Origin: a virus
Lineage: Duplodnaviria > Caudoviricetes
DNA length: 64,000 nucleotides
Direction: 5' to 3' (one strand)
Virus record (IMG/VR): IMGVR_UViG_3300037075_000004
Location: 20,146 to 84,145 of that record
Positions 45,764 through 55,292 of this stretch are shown here, in pieces; positions within the stretch are counted from its first letter, which is position 1; every line of letters starts with the position of its first letter. Below the pieces are notes generated by a model. That model did not search any database, had not been told where the DNA came from, and saw only the letters and a list, made by a program, of their open reading frames with translations. Position numbers and translations under genes: made by a program.

Positions 45764-46216
45764 ATGGCAAAGATTACAGGAATTGAAGAAAAAACCTATC
45801 AGGGAAAAGTAACCGGACACGTTATTACCCTCGATAATGGCACAACCGGCTATTTGGATGATAAAGGATCGGATGCGGTAATAGTAGGGGATAATGTTGA
45901 ATTTACCCTAACGGTTAAAAAAAATAAACAGAATAAGGATTACAACCTTTTGACGCTTAAAAAAGTGCAGCAAGGGACTCCGACCTCAACACCTCAAACT
46001 CTCCCGGGCCCCCCTAGGCCAGCACCTCATGTAGGCGGAGGCATAACAGCACTTGATGTGTTCCACGCCAAGCTCGAGATGAACAAAAGTATCTTTGAGG
46101 CCGTATTACAGCAGTTAGCCGATGGTAAGTTCGATGATGCACGGGCGAGCGAGAAGATGGAGTTCTACCGTAACTACTTCGAGAACGTGATAGATGTCCT
46201 CGCGAGAGCAAAATAA
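45764..46216 (+). CDS. OB-fold, SSB-like protein (putative)
   Basis: Beta-rich N-terminus (VGDNVEF), Pro-rich linker, helical C-terminus; lies among recombination genes. Confidence 0.45.
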   Translation: MAKITGIEEKTYQGKVTGHVITLDNGTTGYLDDKGSDAVIVGDNVEFTLTVKKNKQNKDYNLLTLKKVQQGTPTSTPQTLPGPPRPAPHVGGGITALDVFHAKLEMNKSIFEAVLQQLADGKFDDARASEKMEFYRNYFENVIDVLARAK

Positions 46217-46505
46217 CGAGAAATACCACTTATTAAAACTTTATTGGGGGCTGATATTGGAAGATGCCTGTGACAAATTGAATATACCGCCCACAAAAGA
46301 GAATAAAGAAAGATTACATGATTCCCATAAAAAGATATATAGTTGTGATTCTATCTCTGGCCGGCCCTACGAGTATATCAGCGAATTCATTACATATATT
46401 GTGGCCTGGTATGCCACAGAAATGGGAATCTTTTTGAGGACAAGCGGGGCCATGCCACCGGATATAGATGCAATGCCCCTCGAAGAATGTTGGGATTGGT
46501 TATAA
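46194..46505 (+). CDS. NinB-like recombination protein (tentative)
   Basis: LYWG...LH...K...S.S...SEFI..I.AW pattern. Confidence 0.4.
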   Translation: MSSREQNNEKYHLLKLYWGLILEDACDKLNIPPTKENKERLHDSHKKIYSCDSISGRPYEYISEFITYIVAWYATEMGIFLRTSGAMPPDIDAMPLEECWDWL

Positions 46506-46743
46506 AATGACAAAAGAAGAAATAAAACTACACCTTGGAAAGTATGTCCAGATCGCTTTTACATTATATAGCAGGAAACACAAAGTAACAACATGGTTTG
46601 AGCTTTACGGGCATATAATAAAAGTTGAGGACAAAAACATATTATTTAAAGATAATTTTCGTCACGAATTTATAGTGAGCAATACAAGGATAGTAAAGAT
46701 CGAAGCCCAGAAAAGGAGACGCAAACTAAAGAAAAAGAGATGA
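46506..46743 (+). CDS. hypothetical protein
   Basis: Likely start MTKEEIK at about 46506-46507. Confidence 0.5.
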
Positions 46744-46943
46744 AGAACTTCTTACTCGATAAAGAAAAAGACTTTGAACGGTTCAGTGCCAAGGTGCCAA
46801 GATCAGATACAAAATTGGAATTACTTTGCACGGCCAAGGACGAATACACGGTCTTTTTACATGACGGGGGGAATGTTTACGAAATGGGGGTATATAATAA
46901 GCAAGAATTGAAGACTCTATGGCTGATGCTCAGTTGCAAATAA
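46740..46943 (+). CDS. hypothetical protein
   Basis: 67 aa, overlaps neighbours. Confidence 0.5.
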   Translation: MKNFLLDKEKDFERFSAKVPRSDTKLELLCTAKDEYTVFLHDGGNVYEMGVYNKQELKTLWLMLSCK

Positions 46944-47296
46944 GGACAAATAAGACTACCGTGAGGGAGGAACTTGAGTATTGGAACGTGATTTATGTTC
47001 TAAGGAGGCTTAATGATTATTACCGTTACAAATTAAGATTTAAGGTCAATAAAGAATTACAGGGATTAGAAGCAAAGGACTTTGTAATGTTAGTAATGGA
47101 GAAGATCATTAGCGGGGATTATTCCTGGGAGAGATCATCCAAGTCTTCATTTATTGACTTTGTTTTTGATGTGGCCCGTGGAGAGATAAGCCATTTCAAT
47201 AGGGCAAATAAGAATAGGGAGTTTGTGAGCTTTGACGATATGGACGGACAAATGGTTGAATATTACAGATTACCAGATAACTATAACGGATTTTAA
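46919..47296 (+). CDS. sigma-70 region-2-like protein (truncated, tentative)
   Basis: EAKDFV...KI...W.....SFIDFVF.VAR...SHFNR...VSFD resembles ECF sigma region 2; no region 4. Confidence 0.4.
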   Translation: MADAQLQIRTNKTTVREELEYWNVIYVLRRLNDYYRYKLRFKVNKELQGLEAKDFVMLVMEKIISGDYSWERSSKSSFIDFVFDVARGEISHFNRANKNREFVSFDDMDGQMVEYYRLPDNYNGF

Positions 47297-47615
47297 ACTT
47301 AAAGTTATGAAAACAGTAATTATTATTGCATTGGCATTATCGCTTTTACAAGGAATAGGCGATTTCGCAAGAGATGAAGATAATAGTATTGAAAAGGCAA
47401 TCGCTCATTTAATCTATTTTCTTTATATGGCACTCGCTTTAGTATTTGCATGTATAATTAAAATTCACTAGTTATGAGAACCAAAGAAACTACGAAACAA
47501 CGGCACGCTGAGAGAAGTTTTAATATAAACGATGAACTCAGGAAGGAGTATGATATTGTCATGCTTGATGATCTTGATATAATAGATGAAGTAGCCTTAG
47601 CGGAGGTATTGGAAG

Positions 47616-48008
47616 ATGAAGACTAAATTACCTTTGGGGCGGGAGAAAGACCTGCATAAAGCAGTTTGTCAATATCTTCGGATGCAATATCCCAACGTTC
47701 TATTTAATTCGGATATGTCAGGGTTGCGCTTAACAATTGGCCAGGCGACGCAAGCAAAGAACATGCGATCCAACCAAGGATTCCCCGATATAATAGTCTA
47801 TGAATCGAACCACGCTTACAATGCTCTTTTTATTGAACTTAAAAGGGAGGGAGAAAGAATCCTTACTAAAGATGGGAGACCTGCAACTCCACACATAGCA
47901 GAACAATTAGAGGTTATTGCAATGTTAAACCAACGGGGTTATTACGCTTCAATCGCAGTGGGCTTCACAGCCGCAAAGAATTTAATAGATAGTTACCTAA
48001 GTGCATGA
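47616..48008 (+). CDS. VRR-NUC-type PD-(D/E)XK nuclease / resolvase
   Basis: EKDLH..V..YL...GFPDII...FIELK...Q......L...GY. Confidence 0.82.
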   Translation: MKTKLPLGREKDLHKAVCQYLRMQYPNVLFNSDMSGLRLTIGQATQAKNMRSNQGFPDIIVYESNHAYNALFIELKREGERILTKDGRPATPHIAEQLEVIAMLNQRGYYASIAVGFTAAKNLIDSYLSA

Positions 48009-48304
48009 CCCGCCCAAAGAAATCACTAAGTATCTCTGATCTTATAAATGGAGAGAAAATAGAAGTACCTTATGAAGAAGAAGTAGAAGATATATTAGCA
48101 GAGTTCTTTAGCGGGCGATACGATAACATGGCAAAAAAAATAGAGGCATTCGAGTTGGGACAATGGGGGGCATTCAAGTATATAAAAATTTACCTTTCAT
48201 CAGTGTTTTTGAAGGACTCCGCCCAGGGCCATTATGAAGATATATTAAGGATATTTGGTTATAAAAAAATGTTTGAAATTTACTATCATGGCGAAACGAG
48301 GTAG
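48005..48304 (+). CDS. hypothetical protein
   Basis: 99 aa, overlaps neighbours. Confidence 0.55.
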   Translation: MTRPKKSLSISDLINGEKIEVPYEEEVEDILAEFFSGRYDNMAKKIEAFELGQWGAFKYIKIYLSSVFLKDSAQGHYEDILRIFGYKKMFEIYYHGETR

Positions 48305-49250
48305 ACCTAAGAAGAAATTAGAGCAATTACTGTTCACGGGAGCAGTGATGAACATAGCACCCGATACTACTATCGAGCGTCTTAATCCCATGTTTTTTAG
48401 TCTTGATAAACTGAAGCATCAGCCCGAACCGCTCTATAGGATGGATTCGGTAAACAACAGGTATTACTACCGATTCGAGAATGAGGAGCCAGTATTCTAT
48501 ACATCAGTAACGACACTCATTAAGAATACTTTACCTACTTCACCATTTTTGATTAAATGGATGGTGGATAAAGGTGGTGATGCGGGTAAGGAAGAAGCAC
48601 TTTTGCGGGCGGCCTACGGGACGTTTCTACACTCACAATGTGCCGAATTACTAATCAGTGGCACTTATAATCTTGATGATCTGCCGAAAAAACTTGCTTT
48701 GTTTACGGCAAGCGAGAAGATTACTGCTGAGAAGGAATGGGAAGAGGAACTCAAGAAAGATATCTTGGCCTTTGCTCAGTTTATAATAGATAATGACGTC
48801 AAACCCCTTGCTATTGAGATATGTCTTTATCATCCTTTAGACGGCTATGCCGGGGCACTTGACCTTGTGGCTGAACTTACTTTTAACCGTAAGCGGATAA
48901 TGGCTATAATCGACCTCAAATCGGGTCGCAAGGGGTTTTATGAGAGTCACGAAGTCCAGCTTGGCGCCTATCGTGAGATGTGGAACATACATTTTCCTGA
49001 TACGCCTATTGAAATGGTATTTAACTGGCAGCCGAAGGCTTGGAAGAAAAAACCAACTTACAACTTACAGAACCAGACCAATTCTCAAAACATTCCCAAA
49101 TTACCGCATCTTGTGGCTCTCTCTAAGATTGTGGCCGACCAAAGGGAAGATACTATTACTTTCATATCAGGACAAATAAATGTACTCGAAGGTCTTGATA
49201 AAAATATCAAAGAGATGACATTTACGGAAATTGTAAAAAATAACAAATGA
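48288..49250 (+). CDS. PD-(D/E)XK exonuclease
   Basis: YTSVTTLI...GTFLH...E..LYH...YAGALD...IIDLKSG...QLGAY; likely start MAKRGRP at 48288. Confidence 0.8.
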   Translation: MAKRGRPKKKLEQLLFTGAVMNIAPDTTIERLNPMFFSLDKLKHQPEPLYRMDSVNNRYYYRFENEEPVFYTSVTTLIKNTLPTSPFLIKWMVDKGGDAGKEEALLRAAYGTFLHSQCAELLISGTYNLDDLPKKLALFTASEKITAEKEWEEELKKDILAFAQFIIDNDVKPLAIEICLYHPLDGYAGALDLVAELTFNRKRIMAIIDLKSGRKGFYESHEVQLGAYREMWNIHFPDTPIEMVFNWQPKAWKKKPTYNLQNQTNSQNIPKLPHLVALSKIVADQREDTITFISGQINVLEGLDKNIKEMTFTEIVKNNK

Positions 49251-49519
49251 TAATAGAACACGGAAGATGGAAATGCGATAGTTGCGGTAGATTTGTGTCC
49301 CCGTTGGGCATTTATTGGATTTGGACACCCTATGGCGGGAGCGCCGACCTTGAACCACCAGATGACGAATGGGTGTGCGACAAATGTTGGCAACAAATGG
49401 ATGCCCACAGTAAAGAAATTTTATATAGCGCAATGTGGCGTAAGCCATTTAGGGTAGAATATCGGATGGTTAATGATGAATTGGTTTTAATAAGAGAAAA
49501 TGAGCCGTCTACAATCTAA
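49247..49519 (+). CDS. small zinc-finger protein
   Basis: CDSCG...CDKC. Confidence 0.55.
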   Translation: MIIEHGRWKCDSCGRFVSPLGIYWIWTPYGGSADLEPPDDEWVCDKCWQQMDAHSKEILYSAMWRKPFRVEYRMVNDELVLIRENEPSTI

Positions 49520-50078
49520 TACCGAGGGATTCGAGTGGTATGACTCATTAGAAGATGCGAAGTCTGATGGCTTTAGCGTGGTTCGGGTTACGTCACTATT
49601 TTGTTTTTTTATGCTAAGGGGTCGATCAATGAATATTACCTTGGAAAATCTTATCCCGATCCCTAATCTTTATTACCTATACAAAGGCAAACCAGATGAT
49701 AAAAGCCCGGAAAGGTTCTATAAGAAAGAATATAGAGGATATAAGATAGAGGAATTGTATTTTTATAAGAACTCTGGCGGGGAATCGGATGCCATAGATA
49801 TCTTCCGTGCCAGATGCAAGAGTGGTGATGTATATTTACTCTTGGATGCCGACCAAAGAGATGAACTAAGTGCTATGTCAGTAAGATTATATAAGAGTCA
49901 CTTTAGCGGGGATGGCACAATACCATGGAAAGTATGGCTCGCCCTCGCAGAAAACGAGATAAGATATCAGGACTTTAAGAGAACGGGAGAGGGCACTACG
50001 GGCTTCAAGAGCCTATGTAAGTTGTTTGAGCAAGATAGCGAGAAGATTTGGAATAAATGTAAACCGCCTAAAGAATGA
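49500..50078 (+). CDS. hypothetical protein
   Basis: 192-aa ORF. Confidence 0.6.
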   Translation: MSRLQSNTEGFEWYDSLEDAKSDGFSVVRVTSLFCFFMLRGRSMNITLENLIPIPNLYYLYKGKPDDKSPERFYKKEYRGYKIEELYFYKNSGGESDAIDIFRARCKSGDVYLLLDADQRDELSAMSVRLYKSHFSGDGTIPWKVWLALAENEIRYQDFKRTGEGTTGFKSLCKLFEQDSEKIWNKCKPPKE

Positions 50079-50260
50079 AACATCGTTGGCTCATAGTAGT
50101 CGTAATAGTAGTAGTTTTATCTCTTACTGCTGTATCTATTGCTGTTAAGGATGTAGTACAGTATGTTATGAGGGGATTATGTGCTTTGGGCGGCATCTGT
50201 ATCGTGTTTTTCTTCTTCAAAGATGTGATATTTCAACCTAAAAAACCATATAAAAAATAA
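50075..50260 (+). CDS. small two-TM membrane protein
   Basis: 61 aa, two hydrophobic stretches, basic tail. Confidence 0.6.
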   Translation: MKHRWLIVVVIVVVLSLTAVSIAVKDVVQYVMRGLCALGGICIVFFFFKDVIFQPKKPYKK

Positions 50261-50279
50261 GTTGTACCTTTGTGCTTTA

Positions 50280-50407
50280 TTCGTTCATTCAGATATTCCT
50301 GTCTGACACGAGAAGGCAAAGGTAAAAGATAGTGGTGACAAAGTTCACCATAGACCCGCAAGGGCAAAAGCCGTGACTGCTCGTGTCTTTCACGGCTTTC
50401 CTATTTT
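50280..50407 (+). ncRNA. candidate small structured RNA
   Basis: TACCTTTG box at 50265-50272; stems TGGTGA/TCACCA, CCC-GCAA-GGG, GACACGAG/CTCGTGTC, and terminal AAAGCCGTGA/TCACGGCTTT; no convincing ORF. Confidence 0.5.
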
Positions 50408-50610
50408 AAATATGGAAGACACTTTCACACGAGGAATGTGCTTGGATCAGGTAAAACTTTTAGTCTGTTTTTCTTTGTGGGTTTCTTTTTCTCTTCTTTC
50501 TTTTCCCCGTTTTCTTTCTTCTCTTTTTCTAAGTATGACAGACGTGGCGGGGCACCCGCCTCTTAGAAGCATCCCTAAATTCTGACTATCTTTGTGGTAA
50601 ATAATTTTTA

Positions 50611-51108
50611 ATGTTATTTATCAACAATACAGGTTCAGTTTCCCGTATCGGATATATTTGCAAGATTGACCCTAAAAATCCCAATGCCATTGTTTATGTA
50701 TCAGCCAATGAGACTAATTGTATTGGTGTTGTTGCCTCATCTGTACCTAATAAAAGCAGGTGTGAGGTAATAACCTTTGGCCCCGCTAAAGTTGTGGTTA
50801 ATGGTAACATAAATAAAGGAGATACTTTAAGATCAAGATTATCTTCTGATGGATCGGCTAATGGAGTAGCATTCAGAGCTAATAGTTCTACACCACCGTT
50901 CTTACAAATAGGTACGGCACTCGAATCGGGAAGGGGACTGATTAAATGTAATATTGGTATTTATTACTTTGGCGGGGGAGGGTCTAACCCGGAAATAGAC
51001 ACTATAGACGGCGGTAATGCAAGTTCCGTGTATGCCATGATGGGAATGATGATGGAGATGCCCTCTGATAGTGATTTGGATATAGTTATAAATGGAGGCA
51101 ATTCATAG
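50611..51108 (+). CDS. DUF2190-like capsid cement/decoration protein (putative)
   Basis: IGVV...CEVITFG...V.GNI.KGD.L...G....IGTALE; TATCTTTG box at about 50588. Confidence 0.5.
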   Translation: MLFINNTGSVSRIGYICKIDPKNPNAIVYVSANETNCIGVVASSVPNKSRCEVITFGPAKVVVNGNINKGDTLRSRLSSDGSANGVAFRANSSTPPFLQIGTALESGRGLIKCNIGIYYFGGGGSNPEIDTIDGGNASSVYAMMGMMMEMPSDSDLDIVINGGNS

Positions 51109-52992
51109 ATGTCAACAAGAATACAGTTAAGGGGTGATATAGCGGCTAACTGGACAAGCGTGAATCCTGTTCTTGCAGAACGAGAAGTGGGTATAGAAAC
51201 AGACACGCATCAAATTAAGGTAGGGAATGGCGTTAGCACATGGAACGCCCTGCCTTATGGTGGCATACAAGGTGCTACCGGCCTTCAGGGATTATCAGGA
51301 ATACAAGGTTTGATAGGTGCCCAGGGAACTACAGGCAGTGGGGCACAAGGGACTACAGGCAGTCAAGGCGTACAAGGTGTTATAGGAGCAAGTGCGGTAG
51401 CGGGAGAGTTACCGAGTTCCTATGTGGAGATGACCACCCAAAGGACTACCACATCAGGATCACTTGCTGATATAACAGGAGCCTCCGTTACTATAACTAT
51501 TGCTGAAGCTGTTAATATAACAGCTTGGATGGCATGTGATCTCGAGGCGTCATCCGGTACTGGTGATATTGGTTTGGCAATCAATTTCAATGGTGTTGAC
51601 CATGACGAAGAGCAAGTTCATCTCGCCAGCACAGACAGGACGACCTGTACTATTGTACATCGCACCGATACACCTCTTGCACCGGGCACCTATACAGTCA
51701 AAGGTAGATTTAGGAGGATATCAGGTACGGGTACTATGGCCATCGACAGGGCAGATTTACTTGTTATGGCCATGCAAGGTGCTCAAGGCGTGCAGGGCAC
51801 TGCTGGGATACAGGGCGCTACAGGTAATCAAGGTACTTCTGGAACTAATGGTAATCAGGGTACTACTGGCTCCCAAGGAACAACAGGAGGCACGGGAAGC
51901 CAAGGAACAACAGGAGGCACGGGCAGTCAGGGAACAACGGGATCACAAGGAACCACAGGTGCGGGAACGCAAGGCGCAACGGGTAGTCAGGGCACATCAG
52001 GCACTAATGGCTCACAGGGTACCACGGGGTCTCAAGGTATAACTGGAACGGGCAGCCAGGGTACAACTGGTAGTCAAGGTACTTCTGGGACTAATGGGTC
52101 GCAAGGTACAACAGGATCACAAGGTACAACTGGTACTGGCAATCAGGGCACCACAGGAAGTCAAGGGACATCGGGTACGAATGGGTCTCAAGGAACAACA
52201 GGTAGTCAAGGAACTACAGGTACGGGCAACCAAGGAACAACTGGTTCTCAAGGCACTACCGGCACCCAGGGTACTACGGGGACACAGGGGACGACAGGTT
52301 TACAAGGGACTACGGGATCGGGGTCTCAGGGTACAACTGGTAGCCAAGGCACTACGGGCACACAAGGCACCACTGGTAGTCAAGGAACTACGGGTGCACA
52401 AGGAACAACGGGCACCGGCAACCAAGGTACTACTGGAACACAAGGAGCTACTGGTACACAAGGGACAACCGGAGGCACTGGTGGTACTGGGTCTCAAGGA
52501 ACAACGGGGTCTACTGGATCACAAGGTTCGACGGGATCGCAAGGAACGGCAGGAGGGGCTATAACAACAGTTAAACTCACTGGTGACCTTACTTCGAGTA
52601 CAGTCACTACTCTTGCAGATGCAACAGGATTACTCTTTGCCTTAACTTCCGGCAATTATTATCAGTTCAGGTTCCATGTCATATATCAATCAGCAGCCAC
52701 CACAACGGGGATAAGAATTGGACTAACCTTTGGGGCTGTAACAACAATGGGAGCTAATGTGGTTCTTCTAAACTCTAACGTATCATCAACATTGATAGGA
52801 AGAATTACTGCATCAGGAGATTCTACAACAGGCCCGGGGACACCAGTGGCGGCAGCAAACTATATTGCCGAAATGGAAGGGAGTATTCTCGCTAATGCAA
52901 ATGAAAATCTTCAAGTCCGATTTGCGAGCGAAGTAGCGGGTTCTGGTGTGACCGTTAAACGTGGAACAAACGGACTTTTATTTACCCTTTAA
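51109..52992 (+). CDS. collagen-like virion fibre with Mtd-N-like N-terminus
   Basis: RIQLRGD.AANW...NPVLA..E.GIETDT...K.GNG...W..LPY, then long G-x-Q-G-T-T Gly-X-Y repeats. Confidence 0.85.
   Translation: MSTRIQLRGDIAANWTSVNPVLAEREVGIETDTHQIKVGNGVSTWNALPYGGIQGATGLQGLSGIQGLIGAQGTTGSGAQGTTGSQGVQGVIGASAVAGELPSSYVEMTTQRTTTSGSLADITGASVTITIAEAVNITAWMACDLEASSGTGDIGLAINFNGVDHDEEQVHLASTDRTTCTIVHRTDTPLAPGTYTVKGRFRRISGTGTMAIDRADLLVMAMQGAQGVQGTAGIQGATGNQGTSGTNGNQGTTGSQGTTGGTGSQGTTGGTGSQGTTGSQGTTGAGTQGATGSQGTSGTNGSQGTTGSQGITGTGSQGTTGSQGTSGTNGSQGTTGSQGTTGTGNQGTTGSQGTSGTNGSQGTTGSQGTTGTGNQGTTGSQGTTGTQGTTGTQGTTGLQGTTGSGSQGTTGSQGTTGTQGTTGSQGTTGAQGTTGTGNQGTTGTQGATGTQGTTGGTGGTGSQGTTGSTGSQGSTGSQGTAGGAITTVKLTGDLTSSTVTTLADATGLLFALTSGNYYQFRFHVIYQSAATTTGIRIGLTFGAVTTMGANVVLLNSNVSSTLIGRITASGDSTTGPGTPVAAANYIAEMEGSILANANENLQVRFASEVAGSGVTVKRGTNGLLFTL
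51778..52560 (+). repeat. Gly-X-Y (GSQGTT-type) coding repeat region
   Basis: About 260 aa made almost only of G, T, Q, S, A and N; no proline; DNA units diverge at synonymous positions. Confidence 0.9.
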
Positions 52993-53052
52993 AAATCTTA
53001 CTAAATATTTGTTTATTACAATATAAATATTTATATTTGTAAAAAACAAGAT

Positions 53053-53631
53053 ATGAGAATATCCTTAGCGGTCATTACCCGTGGTGAGATACATATAGAA
53101 ACAGCACTATCCTTGATGCATTTACTCAAGGCCACCCCGCATGAGTTCCATATGAACTTTCATAAAGGTACCTATGTACAGGAGATGCGTAACCAATGTC
53201 TTAAAGATGCAAGATCGGTAGATGCAGATTATCTTTTTTTTGTCGATAGTGATGTGGTATTCCCCCCTGATGGGTTAAATAAGCTATTATCGTGTGATAA
53301 AGATATCATTGGCGGGATGTATAACATGAAGTCCGTCCCGCTAAAGACTACTATTAAGCCATGTGATGAGAACGGGGACAGGGTTCTGGTGGAAGAAGTG
53401 AATGTCCCCACAGACAAGATATTCCGTGTCTATGGACTCCCCACGGGCTTCATGCTCATACGTCTTGCCGCTATCAAAAGACTTGAAAATCCCTTCGATT
53501 TTGACAGGAAAGTGCCCGATGAACTGATTGGGGAGGATATTAACTTCTGTATTCATTGTAAGGAGATAGGGTTGGAGATTTGGTGCGATCCCACCATCCC
53601 CATAGGTCATATAGGTTATTATCTATACTAA
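53053..53631 (+). CDS. GT2-like glycosyltransferase
   Basis: RNQC...DYLFFVDSD...KDIIGG.Y...TGFMLI...GEDINFC...GHIG. Confidence 0.82.
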   Translation: MRISLAVITRGEIHIETALSLMHLLKATPHEFHMNFHKGTYVQEMRNQCLKDARSVDADYLFFVDSDVVFPPDGLNKLLSCDKDIIGGMYNMKSVPLKTTIKPCDENGDRVLVEEVNVPTDKIFRVYGLPTGFMLIRLAAIKRLENPFDFDRKVPDELIGEDINFCIHCKEIGLEIWCDPTIPIGHIGYYLY

Positions 53632-55292
53632 TGGTAGGGGGACTCGCAAAAGATATCTTAAACATAGGAGGTAGTATTTACCCCCTGTTGATATCATCCG
53701 AAGAAACCAAGGGGACAAGTACCATTAACCCATCCGTCTTTAATGATAATGGAAAACTAATCGTTAACCTGCGCCACATCCAATACACCTTATGGCATAC
53801 AAGAAGTATTTATGAGAACCGCTATGGCCCACTTGTATATATCAATCCCGAGAATGATATCACGCTAAAGACGGTTAATTACTTAGGCGAATGGCCCGAT
53901 GGTAACTTTAGACGGGTCGACACATCTGATTTTGATACCAAACCGATGTGGGAGTTTATCGGTCTCGAAGATGCAAGAGTTGTGAGATGGGATGGTAAGT
54001 TATATCTATCGGGTGTGCGGAGAGATGTCAAACCCGATGGCGAGGGGAGGATAGAACTTAGTGAGATTATTGACAGTAAGGAAGTGTCTCGCACCCGGAT
54101 ACAACCACCCTCTCTTACTTATTGTGAAAAGAACTGGATGCCAATAAATGACATGCCATTCCATTATGTCAAGTGGTGTAATCCGACAGAGATAGTGCGT
54201 GTTGATGGAGATAAATCAACTACTGTCTTTACGGGTACTCCATTTTATATCGAGCATGATCTCAGGGGTGGTGGCAACGTAATCACTATAGGGGATAACC
54301 GGATGGCTATCGTGCATCAGTCTATCCTATGGAAAAACCGCCAAGGGAAGAAAGAAGCTAATTACTATCATCTCTTTTTAATATGGGATAAAGAATGGAA
54401 CATCCTCAAGATATCAGAACCGTTCAACTTCCTGACAGGAACCATTGAGTTTAGTTGCGGTCTTGCGTCATTAGATAATAAGATTATCGTTACATTCGGG
54501 TTTGAGGATGATGCCGCCTATCTAATTGAGATACCTACGGATTGGTTAATGGATTGGATATATGGTAGCCGAGCTATAGATATTAAGAGAAAGCCATTCC
54601 TTAACTATGGCGATATTTCGGATGAGTTTAAACTTCATTCTTATAAGGAAATTTTCGTAGAACATATTTATGAGAAGTTTGCGGATATCAAGAAAGGTGA
54701 TGTTGTATTAGATATCGGGGCGAACATAGGCGCATTCGCTTACAGCATTTACGATAACGAACCATCAGTTATCTACTGCGTAGAGCCATCTGCCGAGATA
54801 GTGCGGATTATGAAAGATAATCTAAAGGGGAAGCGTAATATCAATATCATCCAGAAGGCGATATGGTACAATAATGATGAAAATACTGATATCAAAAGCA
54901 ATAAACTTGACATCTACAGCCATGTCGGGGATACCATACCTGCAATAACATTCAAACAATTAATCAGCGAATGTGGCATAACGCATGTAGATTTTATGAA
55001 GATAGACTGCGAGGGTGGCGAGTATGCAATATTTTCAGAAGAAAACTATGAGTGGATAAGCCGCAACGTGAGCCATATAGCAGGAGAATGGCACCTTGGA
55101 AGGTTCCTTACGGAGTTTAAGCGGTTCAGAGACATCTATCTTACCGGTAACGAGTATAGAGTTATTGAAGGCTATCATATAAACTATCAAAACGAGATAT
55201 CAGACAAGATGCACGACGATATTTTTCTTGATGAATATGTGAACGCTCATGGTATTAATGCACAACTCTTGATATATATCAACTATGAATAG
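53631..55292 (+). CDS. GH130-like beta-propeller fused to FkbM methyltransferase
   Basis: NPSVF...GLEDARVV...EKNWMP...IEFSCGL; C-terminal VLDIGANIG...VEP...MKIDCEGGE; likely start at 53631 (TAATG overlap). Confidence 0.75.
   Translation: MVGGLAKDILNIGGSIYPLLISSEETKGTSTINPSVFNDNGKLIVNLRHIQYTLWHTRSIYENRYGPLVYINPENDITLKTVNYLGEWPDGNFRRVDTSDFDTKPMWEFIGLEDARVVRWDGKLYLSGVRRDVKPDGEGRIELSEIIDSKEVSRTRIQPPSLTYCEKNWMPINDMPFHYVKWCNPTEIVRVDGDKSTTVFTGTPFYIEHDLRGGGNVITIGDNRMAIVHQSILWKNRQGKKEANYYHLFLIWDKEWNILKISEPFNFLTGTIEFSCGLASLDNKIIVTFGFEDDAAYLIEIPTDWLMDWIYGSRAIDIKRKPFLNYGDISDEFKLHSYKEIFVEHIYEKFADIKKGDVVLDIGANIGAFAYSIYDNEPSVIYCVEPSAEIVRIMKDNLKGKRNINIIQKAIWYNNDENTDIKSNKLDIYSHVGDTIPAITFKQLISECGITHVDFMKIDCEGGEYAIFSEENYEWISRNVSHIAGEWHLGRFLTEFKRFRDIYLTGNEYRVIEGYHINYQNEISDKMHDDIFLDEYVNAHGINAQLLIYINYE

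Noticed and set aside
50300-50400. c-di-GMP-I riboswitch call for the structured RNA
   Set aside because: It shares only GGCAAA and GCAAAAGCC fragments; the tetraloop/receptor arms are absent. Kept as an unclassified RNA.
51240-52564. Overlapping ORFs within the collagen gene
   Set aside because: Shadow frames of low-complexity GC-rich codons; no independent start context.
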